Assembly: GCA_041910055.1 (NCBI GenBank)
Contig: JAYRRP010000003.1
Span: 173,973-237,972 of the forward strand
DNA: 64,000 nucleotides
Source: Candidatus Saccharimonadales bacterium
Lineage (GTDB): Bacteria > Patescibacteriota > Saccharimonadia > Saccharimonadales > JAYRRP01
Direction: 5' to 3'
The notes beneath the pieces were generated by a model that was given only the letters and a program-made list of their open reading frames with translations, ran no database searches and was not told the DNA's origin. Position numbers and translations under genes: made by a program. Positions within the stretch are counted from its first letter, which is position 1. Every line of letters begins with the position of its first letter. Positions 36,843-46,120 of the stretch are shown here, piece after piece.

Positions 36843-38759
36843 TTAAGGCAGTGTGTTGTACGTTTCATATAATTTTTCAGGGAGCTGTATTTTGTCGCTA
36901 CCCTGTTGAAAAATTGCAGCGTTTGCCGGCGGACAGTTTTCTCTTTTACATCCCGGTCTGTCGTGTCCTGCAGCAGCATCTATGTGGAGATGTGGATCGC
37001 CACAGCCGGCACTCGGAGGACCTACAATTCCGATTTGCTGCCCGGCTTGGATAGCCTGTCCATCACTCACCATAGTATTTGTGTTCATGTGTAAATAAGA
37101 AATCACTACGTCGTTTTCTGCGTTATATATAGAGATTAATCGTCCACCGCATTTATCTTCACCAATATGGGTCACAGTGCCTCCCAATGCAGCCACCACT
37201 GGTATATCTGAAGCCTCCATTATGTCGTAAGCGGCATAGGGGTGTCCTCCCTGGGCCGTTTTTCCATCCTTAAGCTGATTACCGTTTCTGGAAGTCATAT
37301 CTGCTTTGGTGGTTTTTAGAGGGAAGACAAACCCGCCGGCTCCTCCACCACCACAACCAGATCCAGTTGAAGCTGGCGCACCGTTGGTGCTGCCGGTTGG
37401 TGCAGCGGAGGCACTAGTGGGCCCAACTTGAGCATTTTGGTCTGGTGCCCAAGCGTAAAGCAACTCATCACCTTCTCCATGCACCCATGTAACTGCCCCT
37501 AATGAATCAATAGCTTCTTGTGTCATGCCGGAAACCCGGCCGTTGTAGCCACTTCCGTCGGGTAGTGGCTCTTCCTGGGGATCATGCCAGTATGGCGGCA
37601 CTGAACCTGGATTATTTTCAGGAGTACCTGTCCAGGCTGCGGGCCCATAATCTGCAATTACTAGTATCACGCTTTTCTGGGTTTTGGGGTTAGTAACGAG
37701 AACTTTACGTGGTGCTGCTGAATACCATCCGCCGTCTTCCGGACCTGGTGACGAGGTGTGTCCATTCCACAGAGCCTTAACATAACGCCAACGCATGTTG
37801 ATGTAGTAGTATCCACCATCGGGCCCCGTCATATCAGCTGCACCAATTTTGCCAAAGATGGCTGCACCATGGCCTCTTGCTTCGACTTCCGTCATTGTGC
37901 CGCCTTTAGCAGCCGGTAATTTATGCCCTTCTAATTCTGAAACTCCACTTCCACCAGCAGAGCAACAGCTGGCTTGGTCGGCGGGTAACGATGAGGCGCC
38001 TGAGCCTGGATCGGCAGTGCCAAGATCTGCCCTAATTTTTGCTAAGAAGTTATTTCCTGGATCACTGTTTCCGGGCATTACTTCAGAGTGGCCAAATATA
38101 CCCTTATGATTTGCAGCATCTTTTTCATTTTTAATGCCATATTTAGTCATTAATTCTTTTACTACTCCTAGATAAGTTTGATATTCAGGACTCGACATAA
38201 TATCTTTCTCGTACCCGGAAGCTTCAATACCAATACTGGATTGGTTCCAAGGATCCTCTGGGCCGCCTGGCATACTCTGAATAGGTTTTGTTTCGAGCGT
38301 TTCAGATAGCTGCCATAAGCTACCATCCACCATTATTCCCAACTGCACTGCTCTTCCATTTGGATATTTTGCGCGATTGTCAGTTCGACCCCGGAGAATA
38401 CCAACTAGTTCATCACCAGTCTTTGGATGCCCTTCTGTAAAATGAAGAATAATCGCTGTCGGTTTGATTTGTGGACCCCTGAAGGGATCACTGACTTTTT
38501 TTGCCCCAGACAGTAAGGGGCCTGAGGTACCAGCTCCCCCGGAGGCCTCACCACCGCCACCGGTTGCGCAGTATGTTTTATGATGAACGCTGTCATAATC
38601 TGCTGCGTGTAAGTCGTCTTGAGGTAAGGGAGCAGCAAAAACAGGGTTTATTAACACAGCAGTATTCAAGAATGTGAAGAATAATGCACAAGCAAAAACA
38701 AGTATCCTCAAAAAGTAGCTATTATTACCCACTTTTTTTATCATGTATCTGGTCCGCAT
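36843..38759 (-). CDS. Secreted multidomain peptidoglycan hydrolase: amidase_2 (N-acetylmuramoyl-L-alanine amidase) + possible RlpA-like DPBB + M23 (LytM-type) endopeptidase
   Basis: A signal peptide is present. The amidase_2 pattern is AIILHFTEG...IGIEASGYE...IFGHSEV.PGNSDPG. The middle segment RKVLVTNPKTQKSVILVIADYGP...GRVSGMTQEAIDSLG resembles a double-psi beta-barrel. The C-terminal region ISYLHM...GQQIGIVG...GDPHLHID is M23-like. Confidence 0.75.
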   Translation of the reverse strand: MRTRYMIKKVGNNSYFLRILVFACALFFTFLNTAVLINPVFAAPLPQDDLHAADYDSVHHKTYCATGGGGEASGGAGTSGPLLSGAKKVSDPFRGPQIKPTAIILHFTEGHPKTGDELVGILRGRTDNRAKYPNGRAVQLGIMVDGSLWQLSETLETKPIQSMPGGPEDPWNQSSIGIEASGYEKDIMSSPEYQTYLGVVKELMTKYGIKNEKDAANHKGIFGHSEVMPGNSDPGNNFLAKIRADLGTADPGSGASSLPADQASCCSAGGSGVSELEGHKLPAAKGGTMTEVEARGHGAAIFGKIGAADMTGPDGGYYYINMRWRYVKALWNGHTSSPGPEDGGWYSAAPRKVLVTNPKTQKSVILVIADYGPAAWTGTPENNPGSVPPYWHDPQEEPLPDGSGYNGRVSGMTQEAIDSLGAVTWVHGEGDELLYAWAPDQNAQVGPTSASAAPTGSTNGAPASTGSGCGGGGAGGFVFPLKTTKADMTSRNGNQLKDGKTAQGGHPYAAYDIMEASDIPVVAALGGTVTHIGEDKCGGRLISIYNAENDVVISYLHMNTNTMVSDGQAIQAGQQIGIVGPPSAGCGDPHLHIDAAAGHDRPGCKRENCPPANAAIFQQGSDKIQLPEKLYETYNTLP

Positions 38760-41700
38760 CGGTTACTTACTTGCATAGGATCCCAGTGCCAAGATTCAGC
38801 AGAGTATTGTTTATAGCCATATTTATCAGCATTATCATGTAGCCATTGCCATACATTGCTAGACGGGTCGCGGGCGCGTGAGCTACATGACCCTCCACCC
38901 TTTACGTTAGTACCAGCAAAATCAATTGCCAAACCCATCTGGTGATTTGAATTACCTGGATGGGCTACGTACGCAGGGTCGGGATGCTTATCCCATAACG
39001 CTTGTTGATGTGCCATTGTTCTAAAGGAACTATTTGCACTAAAGGTGATGCCGGCTGTCTTTGCATCATTAAACATAGACAAGATTGCGCCGGAAACACG
39101 TGAATTAACTAAAACTCGCCCATTTGCATTCTCCACGTACCAGCTACCGCCAGGTGTACTCTCATCACTACTGCTGTTAAAACCGGGTATGGCACAAAGC
39201 CGGATTTTCACTAATACACCATCATGGTATCCGTCATTGATACCTGCATCGTCAGTGCCAGTCGCACAAGCTACATCTACGGATGACTCATAAATATCGC
39301 CAACAATACCACCGGGGTTATTGCCTGTAGCCTGTCCTGAGCTAACGCCACCAGGATCCTGAAGATCTTCAGGGCGCAAAACGTCAGTGCTGAACAGTCC
39401 GCCGGCACTGCCGGTGGCAGCCCTCTCTAATAAGCACGGACTAACATCGTTATGCTCATCTAAGTGGGTGTCAGGATTTTCCGTGGCACTATCGGCCCAA
39501 GTCTGGATTTGCTCATCACAATATGCATCGGTGTACTTATCGCCATCTGCGTTAATTGCTGGATCACCTAGCGGATATCCATATTGTGGTACCCCAAATG
39601 GATCAGCGGTGGTAGCGGCTTTGGTTTTTGGAGTCATAAATAACGAACTGAAACCAGTTTGAATTTTGCCAATCGGGTTAGAGAATAATGATGCAACAGA
39701 GGATTGAGATAGTTTACTGAAATTCATAGGCATGCTCATGGCTAACTGGCTCACCATAGATTTAGAGTCTTCTTTGTCAAACATGCGTGCAAACAGGCTT
39801 TTATGCGAGAAAGTTTCTTGTTCTTCCTGCATACGGTCAGTGCGGATAGCGGCAACTTCGGCATCACTCAACTTTTTGCCGCCTAGTGCATAGTGGGCAT
39901 AATCATTACCAGACACATCAGCACCACCGGCTGCCATATTGAAGGTTCGGGCACCGCTCATACCGTCATACATTGGTGAGGGAATGAAATATTTTGTAAC
40001 CCTCTCCACCAAGCCCTGTACCATTTCTCCTAATTTAGCTTCAATGGTACTGTAGCCGGGTATCAAACCGGCGACGTAGCTTATCCCATCTCCTATTGCT
40101 CCAGTTATTCCATTTATTACCCAACCAATTGAGTTATTCCACCAGTCCGCGGCAGTGCCGAGTGTGGCGAGTGGTTCGTCTTTAAAGAATTCTGAAGCTC
40201 TCGTGACAAAGTTATTCGGAATCAACTTTTCCTCGGGGCAAACCAATTCACCGGCAGCTATTGGCTGACCATCGTCACAGGTGTACTTGGCCTGTGTGCC
40301 TTGAGCATATGCACTTGGCGACAAGAGGTTTAAGAAAGATGTTTTGACTGGAGCAGGTGTGGCCATAAGGTTGTCGTACAAAGGGCTGACTTCGGCTGAT
40401 TGGCCTTTATGCTGGTCATTGCCTGCGGCGTCACTGAGGGTATCAACACTGCCACCGAGCATCTCTACGTCGATGTCTGCATTCTTTAGCTCATCCGCGT
40501 GGCTTCGGTACAATTGATAGAGTGTGGCCATAGACGTTCCATTTATCAAAAACGTCCATCGTTTTACCTGAGGCCCCGCACCCTTTATTGTCTTGATAAA
40601 TTTTGCAGCTGTATCGATATACCCCACGACCGGGAGAACCTTTCCCGTTGCTTCTTTTACATATTCCTGGGTGGCTTCTTTGGTAAACACTTTCTCAATA
40701 GATTTATCGAGCAGGTATTTGCTTATGCCCCCCTTGGTATCGAGTATTTTTTCTACCTCATCTGTTAATTCTTTGGCAGAATACTTCAAAAAATCTCCAC
40801 CTTGGCTTTCGACATAAGAGGCAACTTTCTTTTCAAGCGCATCCCGGCGTTTCTCATGGTCTTTGCCCTCATCAGTATCGCTACCGTCATCGACGCATTT
40901 TCCTGAAATAATACAGCCCATTGCTTCCTGAACAAGATCGTTATGAGGCAAAATTACCCGTTTAACAATCATTATCCTGGCGGCTTGCTTCTTTTTGTCT
41001 TTCCAGTCGTCAAATTTGTCGGTTGTCTTGCAAAAGAACATACAACGCCTAACTCCGTACTTGCGTTCCATTAACCGCCCTACCTTAAAACGGTACATAA
41101 TTTGCCGGATCTTCGTTTCGTCCTTAAAGGCGTCTTTAACTGCAGATCGAATATTAGAGCGGCTTTTTATCGTCGCTACGTCATCCAGTGTCGCGGCTTT
41201 TCCATTTGCCAAGTCGCTGACATCGATCCCACTCTTCTCACCCTTCACAAACATTTTTATTCCACTTCCATCTGATTGAAACGTCAGGCCATAGTTGGTC
41301 GCTAGTTTGTTTTCTAATCTGTTTTCACTCCACGCTTTATACAAACGTTTAGAAGGTGTGTCGGTTATATCAATCTTAACGCAGTCTTTGTTGGTCAGAG
41401 TGGATTTACAGTTAGGTTTACCTTTCATAGAGGGAAACACGTGTTTGCGTAAATAATCGGCAAATAGCTTATCACCGCGTTTCTCAACGGCGGATTCCCC
41501 ACTGGAATAATAGTGCTTTTGTAGGTTTTCGGCGATATGGTTTACCTTCAATGGCAAGAAAGACAGAAAAGATCCAACTAAGATACCGCCAATTCCGGCA
41601 CCAATCCCACCACCAATGATAATTTTTTTTCGCCGCGACCCGGCTACCTTATGCTTCAGGCGACTTAAGCGTCCACCGTCATCGCTGTCGTTGTAGCCTT

Positions 41701-41968
41701 CCCCGATTTGTTTCTCGTGCTGACCAAGTGCTCCAGCCTCGGCAGCTTCGGCCTTACTTTTTGCACCAGCACCGCCACCTTCCTCGGCTGATTTTAATTG
41801 ATCCGGGCTTTTTGTGCCTTTGTCTGCTTTTTTGCTTGCCTTCCGCGAACGCTCAAAAGTATCATCATATACTGATTTTTTATCATCACCATTGAATAAC
41901 GGCTCCTTAATCTCTTCACCGTGTTCATTCAATTCTTCTGTTGGTGTTGGTTTGTCCTCTTCGGGCAA
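38741..41968 (-). CDS. 1075-aa membrane-anchored protein with a C-terminal M15B/VanY-type D,D- or L,D-carboxypeptidase domain
   Basis: The N-terminus is charged and low-complexity. One Gly-rich TM helix follows (IIIGGGIGAGIGGILVGSFLSFLPL), then a ~750-aa region of unknown fold. The C-terminus carries SNHQMGLAIDF (SxHxxGxAxD) and ESWHW (ExWH) motifs. Confidence 0.7.
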   Translation of the reverse strand: MPEEDKPTPTEELNEHGEEIKEPLFNGDDKKSVYDDTFERSRKASKKADKGTKSPDQLKSAEEGGGAGAKSKAEAAEAGALGQHEKQIGEGYNDSDDGGRLSRLKHKVAGSRRKKIIIGGGIGAGIGGILVGSFLSFLPLKVNHIAENLQKHYYSSGESAVEKRGDKLFADYLRKHVFPSMKGKPNCKSTLTNKDCVKIDITDTPSKRLYKAWSENRLENKLATNYGLTFQSDGSGIKMFVKGEKSGIDVSDLANGKAATLDDVATIKSRSNIRSAVKDAFKDETKIRQIMYRFKVGRLMERKYGVRRCMFFCKTTDKFDDWKDKKKQAARIMIVKRVILPHNDLVQEAMGCIISGKCVDDGSDTDEGKDHEKRRDALEKKVASYVESQGGDFLKYSAKELTDEVEKILDTKGGISKYLLDKSIEKVFTKEATQEYVKEATGKVLPVVGYIDTAAKFIKTIKGAGPQVKRWTFLINGTSMATLYQLYRSHADELKNADIDVEMLGGSVDTLSDAAGNDQHKGQSAEVSPLYDNLMATPAPVKTSFLNLLSPSAYAQGTQAKYTCDDGQPIAAGELVCPEEKLIPNNFVTRASEFFKDEPLATLGTAADWWNNSIGWVINGITGAIGDGISYVAGLIPGYSTIEAKLGEMVQGLVERVTKYFIPSPMYDGMSGARTFNMAAGGADVSGNDYAHYALGGKKLSDAEVAAIRTDRMQEEQETFSHKSLFARMFDKEDSKSMVSQLAMSMPMNFSKLSQSSVASLFSNPIGKIQTGFSSLFMTPKTKAATTADPFGVPQYGYPLGDPAINADGDKYTDAYCDEQIQTWADSATENPDTHLDEHNDVSPCLLERAATGSAGGLFSTDVLRPEDLQDPGGVSSGQATGNNPGGIVGDIYESSVDVACATGTDDAGINDGYHDGVLVKIRLCAIPGFNSSSDESTPGGSWYVENANGRVLVNSRVSGAILSMFNDAKTAGITFSANSSFRTMAHQQALWDKHPDPAYVAHPGNSNHQMGLAIDFAGTNVKGGGSCSSRARDPSSNVWQWLHDNADKYGYKQYSAESWHWDPMQVSNRCGPDT

Positions 41969-41993
41969 TGTATTATTCCTTTAGCGGTTGTAT

Positions 41994-43907
41994 CTAGCTA
42001 CCTGGATAGAGCCGGTTATTGAGGTCTATAGTCCCCTCCGGCTTGTCTAAATCCCCTTGTTGTTCAAGCTGCTTAATTTGCTCTGGATTAGTCGTTATAA
42101 GTCCAGTCTCGGTCGGGCTGGCAGCCACTTGTATGTGCACGTGGCTTTGACCGGCAAAAAACAAGCCTTGGCCGATGGGGAACTGACTCAAGCGCTTTCT
42201 TTCCTCACTGGTAAGTTTAAACACGTCTGTTAACACATCAACTGAAGAAGTAGACTGCTTCAGCAATAACTGCATGCTAGCATTCGCTACAATTGCCCGG
42301 CCCATTCGCGAACCCATAAAGTCCTCGACGTCTTGGCTGATAGTTGTGATGCCAAGGTTATACTTACGGGCTCGCTTGGCTAGGCTGAACATAAAGTTGG
42401 CCGAGTCCTCATACTTCATTAGTTGCCAAGCTTCATCTATAACGAGTATGCGGCGCTTTTTATCTGATTTGGTTTTGTTCCAAATGAAGTTCAAGACGAT
42501 GTACATTGCCACTGGCCGTAGCTCGTCTTCCAAATCGCGGATATTAAATACCACCATGGGATTATTAATGTCGATATTTGATTGTTGGGAGAAAATACCT
42601 GCGAAAGTTCCGGAAGTGTACTTACGCAAGCGTTGGCCGAGTGACGGACCGCTGCCACCCATATGCAGAAGGGTGTCGTATAAGTCGGCAATAGTTGGCG
42701 GCACGGCGGTGTGAGTCAGCGGATCGTTGGTAATACCAGCCTTGGCGTAAGTTTCAATTAGGGCTGCATCCAGATCAGCTTCTTCAACGGGGCTTAGCGC
42801 TGGCATGGCCGCGACGCCACCTGATACCATCTGCGCCTGAGCGCCCCCCATCATTAACCTCAATAAGCCGTGTAGAGTAATTAGATTGCTGCGCAAGGCG
42901 TTATCCGCTTCTTCGGGGTCGACTACCGTGGGCAGTTCAAACGGATTAATACGAGTGGCCGAGTTGAGGCTCAACCGCACGTAGGCGCCCCCCACCGCGT
43001 CGCACATTCGTTGGTACTCGTTCTCTGGGTCGATAATGAATATTTCCGTGCCAAACATCATACTGCGCAAAGCCTCGAGCTTGACGGCGAACGACTTGCC
43101 TGCCCCTGATTTGGCAAACACTACTGAGTTACCGTTTTCCAACGTGAAACGGTCAAATATCACCAGCCCTGAGTTATGCATGTTAATGCCATAGAGGATG
43201 CCGTTATCCTGGCTGAGGTCAGCGCTGGTAAAAGGGAAGCTGGTGCTTATAGCACCGGTATTCATGTTGCGCCGGATTAGCAATTGGTCGATTAGTTGTG
43301 GCACGGTGCTGTTAAAGCCTTGCTCTTGCTGGGCCGACGCTACTTTGGAATACACTAATTGCTGGCCAAGCAGTGACTCGACTTTGTGGGTGACAAAGTC
43401 CAACTCTTCCAATGAGTTAGCGTAGAGAGTGAAGTAAAGCCCGAAACGGAAGAATCGCTCCTCGCCCACCTGCAATTTGTCACGCATCTCTTCGGCGTCC
43501 TGGATGGCAGCCTGTTTGCCCGGATCACGAACCCGTCCCTTTTCGCTGTCTATCTGGATACCTGCCTCGAGCTGGGAAACTTTTTTACGCAGATTTTCTA
43601 GGATTACCTGACTGTCTACCGGATACACATACATGGTCAGATCTATTACTTCATCCAGATTCACCATACTGCTGAGCCAGCCGGTCATGACCTGACGCGG
43701 ATAGCCATACACATACATGGTACGGGCAAAGCGAGTTCCTAAATGAAAGAAGCCATTTTCATATACCAGCGAACTTGGGGCGATAAAGTCGCGGAGTGCC
43801 GTGACTCCCTTTTGGAAAGCGGCCTGGACCTCTTGCTCCTCCTGAAGTCGTTGGGCTGCGGCAATTGCCGCCGGATCCGCAGGCTGATTCTTTTTACCGA
43901 ACGCCAT
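41994..43907 (-). CDS. virB4: VirB4/TrbE-family type IV secretion ATPase
   Basis: Walker A is VFAKSGAGKSF and Walker B is RILVIDEAWQL. The N-terminal domain pattern is RTMYVYGYPRQV...MYVYPVD, and the protein is 637 aa. Its start overlaps the upstream stop (TAATG). Confidence 0.9.
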   Translation of the reverse strand: MAFGKKNQPADPAAIAAAQRLQEEQEVQAAFQKGVTALRDFIAPSSLVYENGFFHLGTRFARTMYVYGYPRQVMTGWLSSMVNLDEVIDLTMYVYPVDSQVILENLRKKVSQLEAGIQIDSEKGRVRDPGKQAAIQDAEEMRDKLQVGEERFFRFGLYFTLYANSLEELDFVTHKVESLLGQQLVYSKVASAQQEQGFNSTVPQLIDQLLIRRNMNTGAISTSFPFTSADLSQDNGILYGINMHNSGLVIFDRFTLENGNSVVFAKSGAGKSFAVKLEALRSMMFGTEIFIIDPENEYQRMCDAVGGAYVRLSLNSATRINPFELPTVVDPEEADNALRSNLITLHGLLRLMMGGAQAQMVSGGVAAMPALSPVEEADLDAALIETYAKAGITNDPLTHTAVPPTIADLYDTLLHMGGSGPSLGQRLRKYTSGTFAGIFSQQSNIDINNPMVVFNIRDLEDELRPVAMYIVLNFIWNKTKSDKKRRILVIDEAWQLMKYEDSANFMFSLAKRARKYNLGITTISQDVEDFMGSRMGRAIVANASMQLLLKQSTSSVDVLTDVFKLTSEERKRLSQFPIGQGLFFAGQSHVHIQVAASPTETGLITTNPEQIKQLEQQGDLDKPEGTIDLNNRLYPGS

Positions 43908-44851
43908 TACTGCAGCTCCTTTTCGAGGTTTGGCTGCGGAGCCATGCCTTCACCTTTGGTCACAACTGGTGCGGTCAGGTCGTTAAAATTCTTAAGCTGC
44001 TGACGGGTGGCAGTGTCTGGGTTGTAGGTGTCGTAGTACAGTTCTATCAGTTCCTGAGTATCAAGTGGCAAGCCTTGGATACCGCACTGCAGGAGTCCAT
44101 TCAATACTGCCTGGACACGGTTGCGCAGCTCGGCTTTACCTTTCTCCAGATCAGCCTCATTAATAACTACGTGTTGGGGTTTCTTTTTCTCGCCAAAACT
44201 ACCGAATATCTTTTTGCCGGCATCAAGCGCTTTTTGGACGTCTTGCGAAGGATAATAAGGAATTATCACGTAGAATTTCTTATCCATAATATTCGTTTCG
44301 GCAGCCAAGCCATCCATGTAGGTGATGTAATCTTCCATCAAAAGTGCCAGGAGCATGTTCTCGTGCTCACTGCGAATTTTGTCGAGTTTTTGCAAGTAAG
44401 GGGTGAGGTCTACCTTTTGGGAGCGGATAAAAATTTGAATCGGGAAATACAAAGAATTCAAAAAGCCTTGATAGGCAAACTCGACTGCCTCGCGTTCTTC
44501 CGGGCTCATGAGGTCAAAGTTGATAGATTTTACCATCAGTACAGAGCGGAACGACCCATCATTCATAATCACAATGCCATCCCGTACTTCGGCGATTTGC
44601 AATGAATTCTGGGTACTGTTGGGATTTTTCTTGGCTTTATCGAGTTTGGGTGAAGAAACCTGACCTTGGCCTATTTGCTCAGGAGGAGGTGTGGCAGTAG
44701 CCGGCGGGTAGTTTCCTTGCGGCGACGCTGAACTATAACCCGGTGGTGGGGGCATCATTTGATTAGGTGGCATACCAGGCTGGCCAGGTGGCGGATATGG
44801 GCCCGCGCCTTGAGGACCCTGTGGGGGTTGGTATGGTGATGACGGATTCAT
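43907..44851 (-). CDS. T4SS-associated hypothetical protein: Pro/Gln-rich N-terminus + domain resembling the VirB4 N-terminal region (no ATPase motifs)
   Basis: The N-terminal ~70 aa are P/G/Q-rich. They are followed by IAEVRDGIVIMNDGSFRSVLMVKSINFDLMSPEEREAVEFAYQGFLNSL...KFYVIIPYYPS. This pattern echoes the N-terminal half of Gram-positive VirB4 proteins. The assignment is tentative. Confidence 0.45.
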   Translation of the reverse strand: MNPSSPYQPPQGPQGAGPYPPPGQPGMPPNQMMPPPPGYSSASPQGNYPPATATPPPEQIGQGQVSSPKLDKAKKNPNSTQNSLQIAEVRDGIVIMNDGSFRSVLMVKSINFDLMSPEEREAVEFAYQGFLNSLYFPIQIFIRSQKVDLTPYLQKLDKIRSEHENMLLALLMEDYITYMDGLAAETNIMDKKFYVIIPYYPSQDVQKALDAGKKIFGSFGEKKKPQHVVINEADLEKGKAELRNRVQAVLNGLLQCGIQGLPLDTQELIELYYDTYNPDTATRQQLKNFNDLTAPVVTKGEGMAPQPNLEKELQ

Positions 44852-44891
44852 ATGTTAGTTAGCCCACCCTCCAAAAGATATTGCTCGATCA

Positions 44892-45980
44892 CTAATGCAA
44901 CGAAACCACGATTTCATCCGTCGACTGCCTTTTGGTCTTGTGCTTTTGGTTTGCTTCTCGCTCCAGGCTAGCCACGGACCGGTCGTTGTTTCTCGCCAGC
45001 CTTATTTTATCAGGAACACTGCCCCCTGTCATTCCGTTAGTGCTTTTGGATTGGGGAGGTTTTGTACCTAGCGGGTCAATAACTTTCATATGGGCATAAC
45101 CGGTTAAAGTGTCCTGCTTGTCTTTCCGTACTTTTGCCAGCAAGGCTTGTTCGTCTGCGCTTGCTGGTTCGGCCGCGAAAGGGCTGGGCGGCGGAGGCTC
45201 AGACACGTGAGTAGTGAAGGTTACCAGATCCGCCGGTGGCAGAGGCGGTGTATTCATAAACCAATAATTCGGGGCGGGTGTTGGCTCGGTTTTTCCGGGT
45301 GGGGCCGTGGAGGCTTCCCGGGCCTGTTCTACCCGTTCTATGGCAGCGGCACGGTGTTGCTTGGCGGCTGCATTAATCATATTGTCGAGTTTTTGGGCGG
45401 TGGGGTTGGATTGTGCGTCCATGATATCGTCGGCTGCTCCCACATCAACCGCTGGTACTGCCGGTGCGACGGCTGCTGGGTCTAACAAACGGTCCGTTTG
45501 TTGTTGGTAAGCACTGCTGGCATAAGCTGGCTGTGTATACATATTCAGGGCCGCGTTTTTGATAGCCCAACCACGACTGTCCAGGGTCGTCGATAATGCC
45601 TGCAGCCGGCTGCGCACTTCAGTTTCGCTCAGTTCGTTGGAAGTATAGGGATTTTCTATTTTTGGGGCAGTTATAGTAACTAATTCTTCGATGCCGTCTT
45701 GATCCCACACCCGTTTGCGGGGTTTGAACATAAAACGCAGTTTGGCAGCCAGCCAAACCTCGGTGGGCTGATCACGTCCCCACGGAAAGGCCAAAAAACC
45801 AAAACTCACCACGAAAGGTACGAGGACTAACGCCACATACCACAGCTTTTTGGTAAACAAAAAGAACGCCACATACGCACAAATGGCGGTAATAGCGGCA
45901 AAGATAAATTGCTTAAGCGTGAGAGGGCCTAAGAATTTATCCTCGGCCTCGATATCCTGGATAACCTTATACGTCGACAT
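44892..45980 (-). CDS. PrgI/VirB3-like two-TM T4SS membrane protein with a long Ala/Pro-rich C-terminal extension
   Basis: The N-terminus EAEDKFLGPLTLKQFIFAAITAICAYVAFFLF...WYVALVLVPFVVSFGFLAFPWGRDQPTEVW matches the PrgI-family hairpin architecture. The gene lies immediately upstream of the VirB4 region. Confidence 0.55.
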   Translation of the reverse strand: MSTYKVIQDIEAEDKFLGPLTLKQFIFAAITAICAYVAFFLFTKKLWYVALVLVPFVVSFGFLAFPWGRDQPTEVWLAAKLRFMFKPRKRVWDQDGIEELVTITAPKIENPYTSNELSETEVRSRLQALSTTLDSRGWAIKNAALNMYTQPAYASSAYQQQTDRLLDPAAVAPAVPAVDVGAADDIMDAQSNPTAQKLDNMINAAAKQHRAAAIERVEQAREASTAPPGKTEPTPAPNYWFMNTPPLPPADLVTFTTHVSEPPPPSPFAAEPASADEQALLAKVRKDKQDTLTGYAHMKVIDPLGTKPPQSKSTNGMTGGSVPDKIRLARNNDRSVASLEREANQKHKTKRQSTDEIVVSLH

Positions 45981-46120
45981 AATCTTACACTAAAGTATAA
46001 GCGTTAATCAGATAAGAGCAAGCGGTCTCTTCGCTAGGCATTAAGTACTAAGGACTGGGTACTATGAAGTGTGGCCTAGAAATCTTGCCCATTTGGGGGT
46101 TTAAGCTCCTAAGTCTGTGC

